A stretch of DNA of 64,000 bases from contig CM035355.1 of assembly GCA_020137815.1 (NCBI GenBank), positions 3,224,001-3,288,000 of the forward strand, read 5' to 3'. This stretch comes from Hormiphora californensis. Its lineage: Eukaryota; Animalia; Ctenophora. The translations under genes were made by a program, and so were the position numbers. Positions 56,835-64,000 of the stretch are shown piece by piece (positions within the stretch are counted from its first letter, which is position 1; every line of letters begins with the position of its first letter). The notes under the pieces are model-generated. The model made no database searches. It was not told the origin of the DNA and worked only from the letters and a program-made list of their open reading frames with translations.

Positions 56835-57330
56835 AGGGATCCCTAAAAAAGTTCAGTATTTACACAGCGTTTACACAGTCTTTACACAGTCGTTACACCC
56901 AGAGCGCCCGCGCCGCTCTGGGTGTAACGACTGCGTCTTTTGCACTCGATTTGCAGCGTTTTTGGAAACTTTTTTCGCCGCGGCGCTCAATTTACTCAGT
57001 TGTGCAGCACACAATCCAATATTTTCTTGGAAAAAGTAGCTGTGTGCAGCACGCGCCGCTCTGGGTGTAACGACTGTGTAAAGACTGTGTAAAGTCCGTT
57101 TCAAGCGACTTGACCCGTAATTCTTGGAATTTGGCGCATTGCGCGTGTATTTACAAAGGGGAAATCCTGAATTTCCAGGAATCTCAGGTCAAGTCGTTTG
57201 AAACGCACTTTAAACTCTGTGTAAATACTGAACTTTTTTAGGGATCCCTATAGGGATCCCTAAAAAAGTTCAGAAGTTACACAGCGTTTACACAGTCTTT
57301 ACTCAGTCATTACACCCAGAGCGGCGCGTG
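56835..57330. mobile_element. MITE with TAGGGATCCC termini (hAT-like) followed by the start of a tandem second copy
   Basis: tagggatccctaaaaaagttcagtatttacacag (56835) ... ctgtgtaaatactgaacttttttagggatcccta (57250); a second copy starts at 57251. Confidence 0.7.
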
Positions 57331-59299
57331 CTGCGCGTTTCTTGATTTCCGCGCGGGTTCTTTTTGCGCGTACCAAATACTCCCGCGCAACTAGCAAGTA
57401 CTTACAAGTTGATTGTTTCAACAACTTAGTTACCGCGCGCTACATGAACGTACAGAGCGAGTGTTGAGCTACAACTCCCGTTGGCCGTTGTTGTTTCTCT
57501 CGCAGTCGCACCAACGATTGAAGCGACAATTTATCATTGCTATTTCATATTTTCACCGTCCAAAAACACTGTGTAACCCCCGGATTTTAAAACAATGTTT
57601 GTTAAAAAAAATTTTTAAAAAAGAATAAATTTTTTCGAGTTTTTAAAAGAACTAATTTGGGCATTTAAAAAAACAATATTAAACAATTAATTATAAAAGA
57701 AAGAAAAAGGGCAGATGGGGGGCGAAGAAAATTTTTACGTCCCCTCTTCAGGTTTTTTGGAGCTTCTTATTTCCCCTATGCTTCGGGTGGCCCCCAAAAT
57801 GTTTTGTAGCACAAAGTAAGGGGGAAAGGGGGGGAGGGTTTTCGCCATTTGGCCCCCCGTTTCTTTTTGAGAAAAAGGGGCCCCCGGGACTTTTTATATT
57901 CGACAAAAAATGACTTTTTGGGCCCAAAAACCGAAAAAAATTCTCGGGCTCCGTACGCTCCCCCCGATAAATTCAAAAATTTTTTATAGAAAAGTTAAAT
58001 GTATGTAGAAACCCCGTGACCCAAAAAAATTTTGGTCCCAAAAAAAACTTCCCCTATACTACATGCCTGGTTTTGTAGCCCTTTAATAAACCTTTTACTC
58101 ATAAACCCTCGAAATTTTTTATCAACGTTTTGTTGAAAAAACGGGCCCCAAAAGGGTTAAATCAACGTGCACACACTTTTGCCATTTGAGAAACTAGTTT
58201 TGAAGGGGTGGGGAAAAGTATTTTCAACACGAGGTATCTCTTCAGGTAACCCCCAAATTTTTTTTCCACCCTGAACGCGGGGGAAAAGGGGGGACGTTTC
58301 GGGGGTTCTCTCCTTGGGGCCACCCTTTAAAATGTTCGTCCACCCACAGGCCCTTTTGGGATCCAACCCTTCACCGGGGAAAAAACTTTTGCAGGGACGG
58401 TCAGGTCCGTCTCTCACACACTCACACACACCCCAAAAACACAATAACACAACACACTCAAAAAAAAAAAAAAAATTAAAAAAGCCCCCCCCCCCCTTTC
58501 CCCCGGGGGCCCCCAAACCCCCCCCCCCCCCCCTTTAAAAAAATTTTTTTTTTTTAACCCCCCCCCCCCCCCTTTCCCCCCAAAAAAAGGGGGAAAAAAA
58601 AAAAAACCCCCCCCTCTCCTTTTCTCTCTCTTTCTCTTTTCTTTCTTTCTCCCCCTCCCCCTCCGCCACACCCCAAACCCCCCAAATTTTGGGCCCTAAG
58701 GGCCCATGCAAGAGAGGGGGTTAAAACCCCGGGCCCCGGGGCCAGTTGGATTGGGGGGGGCCCGGAAAAGGGGTGGGGGAGTAAAGGGAGGAGACAAACA
58801 ATGTTTCATATGAAGGTTTTTGTCGGGAAAAAGGGGGTCCCCAAAACCCCCCCTTCGCTCCCCTCTCTCTCTCCTCCTTTTCTCTTCCCCTTTCACCTCA
58901 AAAAAACCTTTTTTCTCCCCTCTTCTCTTCTCTTTTCTCTCTCTCCCCTCTTTTCCCACTTTCAATTTTTCCCCTTTTCTCTCTTTCTCTCTCTCCTCTC
59001 TCCCCTCTCTCCTTTTTCCCCTTTCACTCTCCCGGAGATGGTTAAAATGTTTTTATCTTTTTTTATTGACCTTTGCCCTTATTATTTAAGGAATAAAACC
59101 CCCCGGGTTAATAAGGGAAACCCTTTTTCCCCCCAAGTATTTGATTCCAAAGGGTTTGGGAAAATGCCCTTAGAATTCCCGTTTGCCTCCCTATCTGTTT
59201 TTCGGTTGACCCCCCAGGGTTTTTCCGGATGATTAAAGGGAAAATTTACCCCATGGTGCCCATTACTACCAAAAAATTTATCGTGTGATGACCTGCCCG

Positions 59300-61050
<1,751 letters not shown>

Positions 61051-63379
61051 CTGTATCAGAGGTGATGGTTTTCAGGCTAGGCATTTGTATTTTTCAAACA
61101 ATGGTGCAGTGGGTGTTGTTTACTTTAGAAGCTTCAACTAATTATATTGAAAAGAGAATGACTAAAATCTCCACTCGAAAAAGATTTCGACTTCCAAGAG
61201 ATATCGAAATTTATAGTACGCTAGCCCAATTTGTTAAATTGTACGGCGGTTAAGTGATAAATGCGGAGGAGGTTTGAATTTGCCAGTGTTATAACGTTTC
61301 AAAGATTAAGACTGTAAACTATATAGATGTAACGATCTACTGATTGACACTGCGTACAACACAACTAGCAAAAACGTAGTTAACAGTGACAAATTATTCA
61401 TCCAGGCATTTGGTAAAGGCTGCTCAAGCTTTTTCAAAAAGTTCTTTCAACGAAAAACATCTAAAAAGTAGCCAAATTATGGGCAACGATGAATTTGTAA
61501 GTTTAGAATCAATAACGACACAAATAAAACAGGATATAAAGAAAAAACATCGAAATCGCAAATAAATTGTACAGACCGTCCGGATCAAACCTCCCAGAAT
61601 CCACAAAAGTGGAAATGAAAAATTTCTGGTTCGGCTCGAGTATGGACGAACAAGTGGCACAGCGCGCGCGAGATGGAACAAAATGCGCGGCTTGGAATTG
61701 CGCGGTCTGGAGCTGCGCTCTCCACTAAAAGTTAAATTCCAAGAAGCTCGGCATACGCTGCAGGCCTCTTTACAAGGGGACGCGCGCATGAGAGGGCTGT
61801 AGCGCATTTCAACCAAGAAGACTAACATCTTTATTCATGTATATCATGGGGATGGGGCGACCCATACCTGATTTATTTAGAAACTTTTCAAAAACTTGTC
61901 AAAACTTGTCAAAACTTGTCTTTAAAAAAAATCGAAAAAATCAATTTTTCCAAAAATGACCACTTTGGTGCGCGTCGCAAAATGCGCGTCGCAACACGTT
62001 TTTCGGGCCTCCAGACGATTTGGCACGCTTGGCGGACGGTGGGAAGACGTCTAAAAACAACATTTGAGGCAAATGAACATTTGTCAAAAAAATGGAACAA
62101 TTTTTTTACCGTGCACTTTTGAGCCGTTCACGTGGCGCATGAGTGCACACAAAATTTTCAAAAATCTTTTTTTTCATTTTTTAAAATTTTTTCTTTTTTT
62201 CTTTTTCATTTTTTAAATTTTTTTCATGTTTTTGTTGAAAATTTCATCGTGCACTCATGCACCGCCATACCCGAGCTATGACAATGCGCAAAAAGGGGTG
62301 GCACGCGACTTTAACCACGTGGTGATCTAACCGCTCCTACTATCATACACATTGGGTTTTTGAAAAACAGCGAGGCGGGTAAATCATTTACTGTAACGCG
62401 CGAATTTTCCCAAAAAGCGCTGCTTTTTTACGCCGCGCAGAACCTAAAATTACGCGCGCAGTGTAAAATTTTAAAATTCATTGAAAATTTCCTCGCGTTT
62501 TATGTCGCAAAAAAAGTCGACGAAAAATTCCAAATTCGTGAATTATAAGAACTCCCGACTCAGCTCCGGTCAGTTCTCATCTTGCCAATCCGTTTTCCGG
62601 GAACCCCTGGCCAAAGGACATTAAAATTCACATACCGACCAAGTTTCATATCGATTGGATAAGATTTTGGGTGGCTACGGTGAAAAATATCGCATTTTTG
62701 GCATTTTTAACTTTCCCGACGCGATTTACGACCCTTAAACATTGAGTTACGGGAAATCGCTATCAGGTAAAATGAAGTTCAAACGATTCTCTTTCCCCAC
62801 TATTGCGTTAGTTTTTTGATTTAGAGCCGTTTTCAGGGTCTTAGAAGCGTTTGAAAAATGTAAGTCTTTTTGTCGCAATGACGTCACCCCGTGACGTCAC
62901 TGCTGTAAAGATCGGATCAAAAATCTGAGCCCGTACTTACACCCGCCTTGGTCCAAAGTACCAGTGTACAAATTTTCAGGGGTCTAGCTCAAAAACTGTA
63001 GGAGGAGTAGGGAGAAAACAATTATCGGACTAACATTTTGGAAATTATTATATGGATCTTACGTCAACTGTCGTGTTAAACCTTCGGGTGCAAGTAGAAC
63101 ACCAATCCATTGTAATCGGAACCGTAGAATAACAGTCCTTCTTGTGTTTCCACAGCGCCGTGTGCGATCCGAAGGTCATGTTGCACTTGCCTGTAACAAA
63201 GTTCTGCACTGTAAAGCGTAAAAGATGCCCATACCCCCACTTAATATTACACATCTTACGTCGCCAGAGTTCAAGAACACTGTTTTCACGAAACCCCCTG
63301 AATAGCTGTCTGGCGCCGCGACCCATCTGAGCGCACTGTCGAATCAAATTGGGGTCTGGCGCCGCCAGACAGCTGAATA

Positions 63380-63610
63380 TAGTCCGATTTTAAATAACTG
63401 TCGTTTTTACCGCACTCGATTTTGCTCTAATATGACAATATCTCCAGTTCCTGATAAGATAGAGACTTGAAATTTGGAGATTAGGAAGAACTTAGCATGT
63501 TCTTCGCAACCCCCAAGTTTCAAGTCTTTATCTCATCAGGAACCGGAGTTATTGTAATAATAGAGCAAAATCGAGTGCGGTAAAAACGACAGTTATTTAA
63601 AATCAGACTT
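63380..63610. mobile_element. ~230-bp palindromic MITE
   Basis: gattttaaataactgtcgtttttaccgcactcgattttgctcta mirrored by tagagcaaaatcgagtgcggtaaaaacgacagttatttaaaatc. Confidence 0.8.
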
Positions 63611-64000
63611 TAGTTATCAAACACACTTACTGCAATTGAAAACATCGCAATCGTTGTGCACTCGGCGACGATGGTACATCAAAGCCCTTTCACGTCTGAA
63701 TTGTGAGCGACAAATGCCACAAGTATGCATTGCATATGATACCTATAATAATCAAATGTCAAATGTCAAACTAATAATATACCGTGTGATGTCCTATCCA
63801 ACATCCCTATCCTGAGAATTCATGGATTTTGATTCGACCAGGCTATTACATAGCATGGGTTGATGACAAACCCACCCGGATCCACCGGTTGGTCCATTCT
63901 TTGCACCTTTCACGTCAATTTCATAGTTGCTATGGCAACTGAAGCAGTAACTATGGGGACTGGATTGTTAAAATTCATTCAAAAGTATTCCAGTACTAGC

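Overview
Eukaryotic (animal) genomic DNA with short GT-AG introns. Gene style (nested intronic genes, an orphan 7TM receptor, MITE density) suggests a ctenophore-like genome; this is inference only. Manual splicing gives: (1) a 5'-partial KATNIP/KIAA0556-like gene (+, 1-18547), with an arylsulfatase and a single-exon 7TM receptor nested antisense in two of its introns; (2) an IGF2BP/IMP-like RRM-KH gene (+, 22307-42900) whose third intron holds a ~10.5 kb, ~81-bp satellite; (3) an MPPED-like metallophosphoesterase (-); (4) an apparently intact two-ORF L2/CR1-group LINE (-); (5) a secreted protein of unknown function (+); (6) fragments of a zinc-finger gene (-). Many non-autonomous palindromic DNA-transposon elements are present. 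The most unusual signal is that intronic tandem repeats repeatedly copy the exon-intron junctions themselves. In the three host genes at least 8 junctions carry duplicated acceptors or donors, from 2 copies up to ~130 in the satellite (a diverged acceptor copy), and most alternative copies lead to an in-frame stop. Regions ~23950-25870 and ~57600-59350 look like low-quality or artefactual assembly. Exon coordinates were read by eye and may be off by a few bases.
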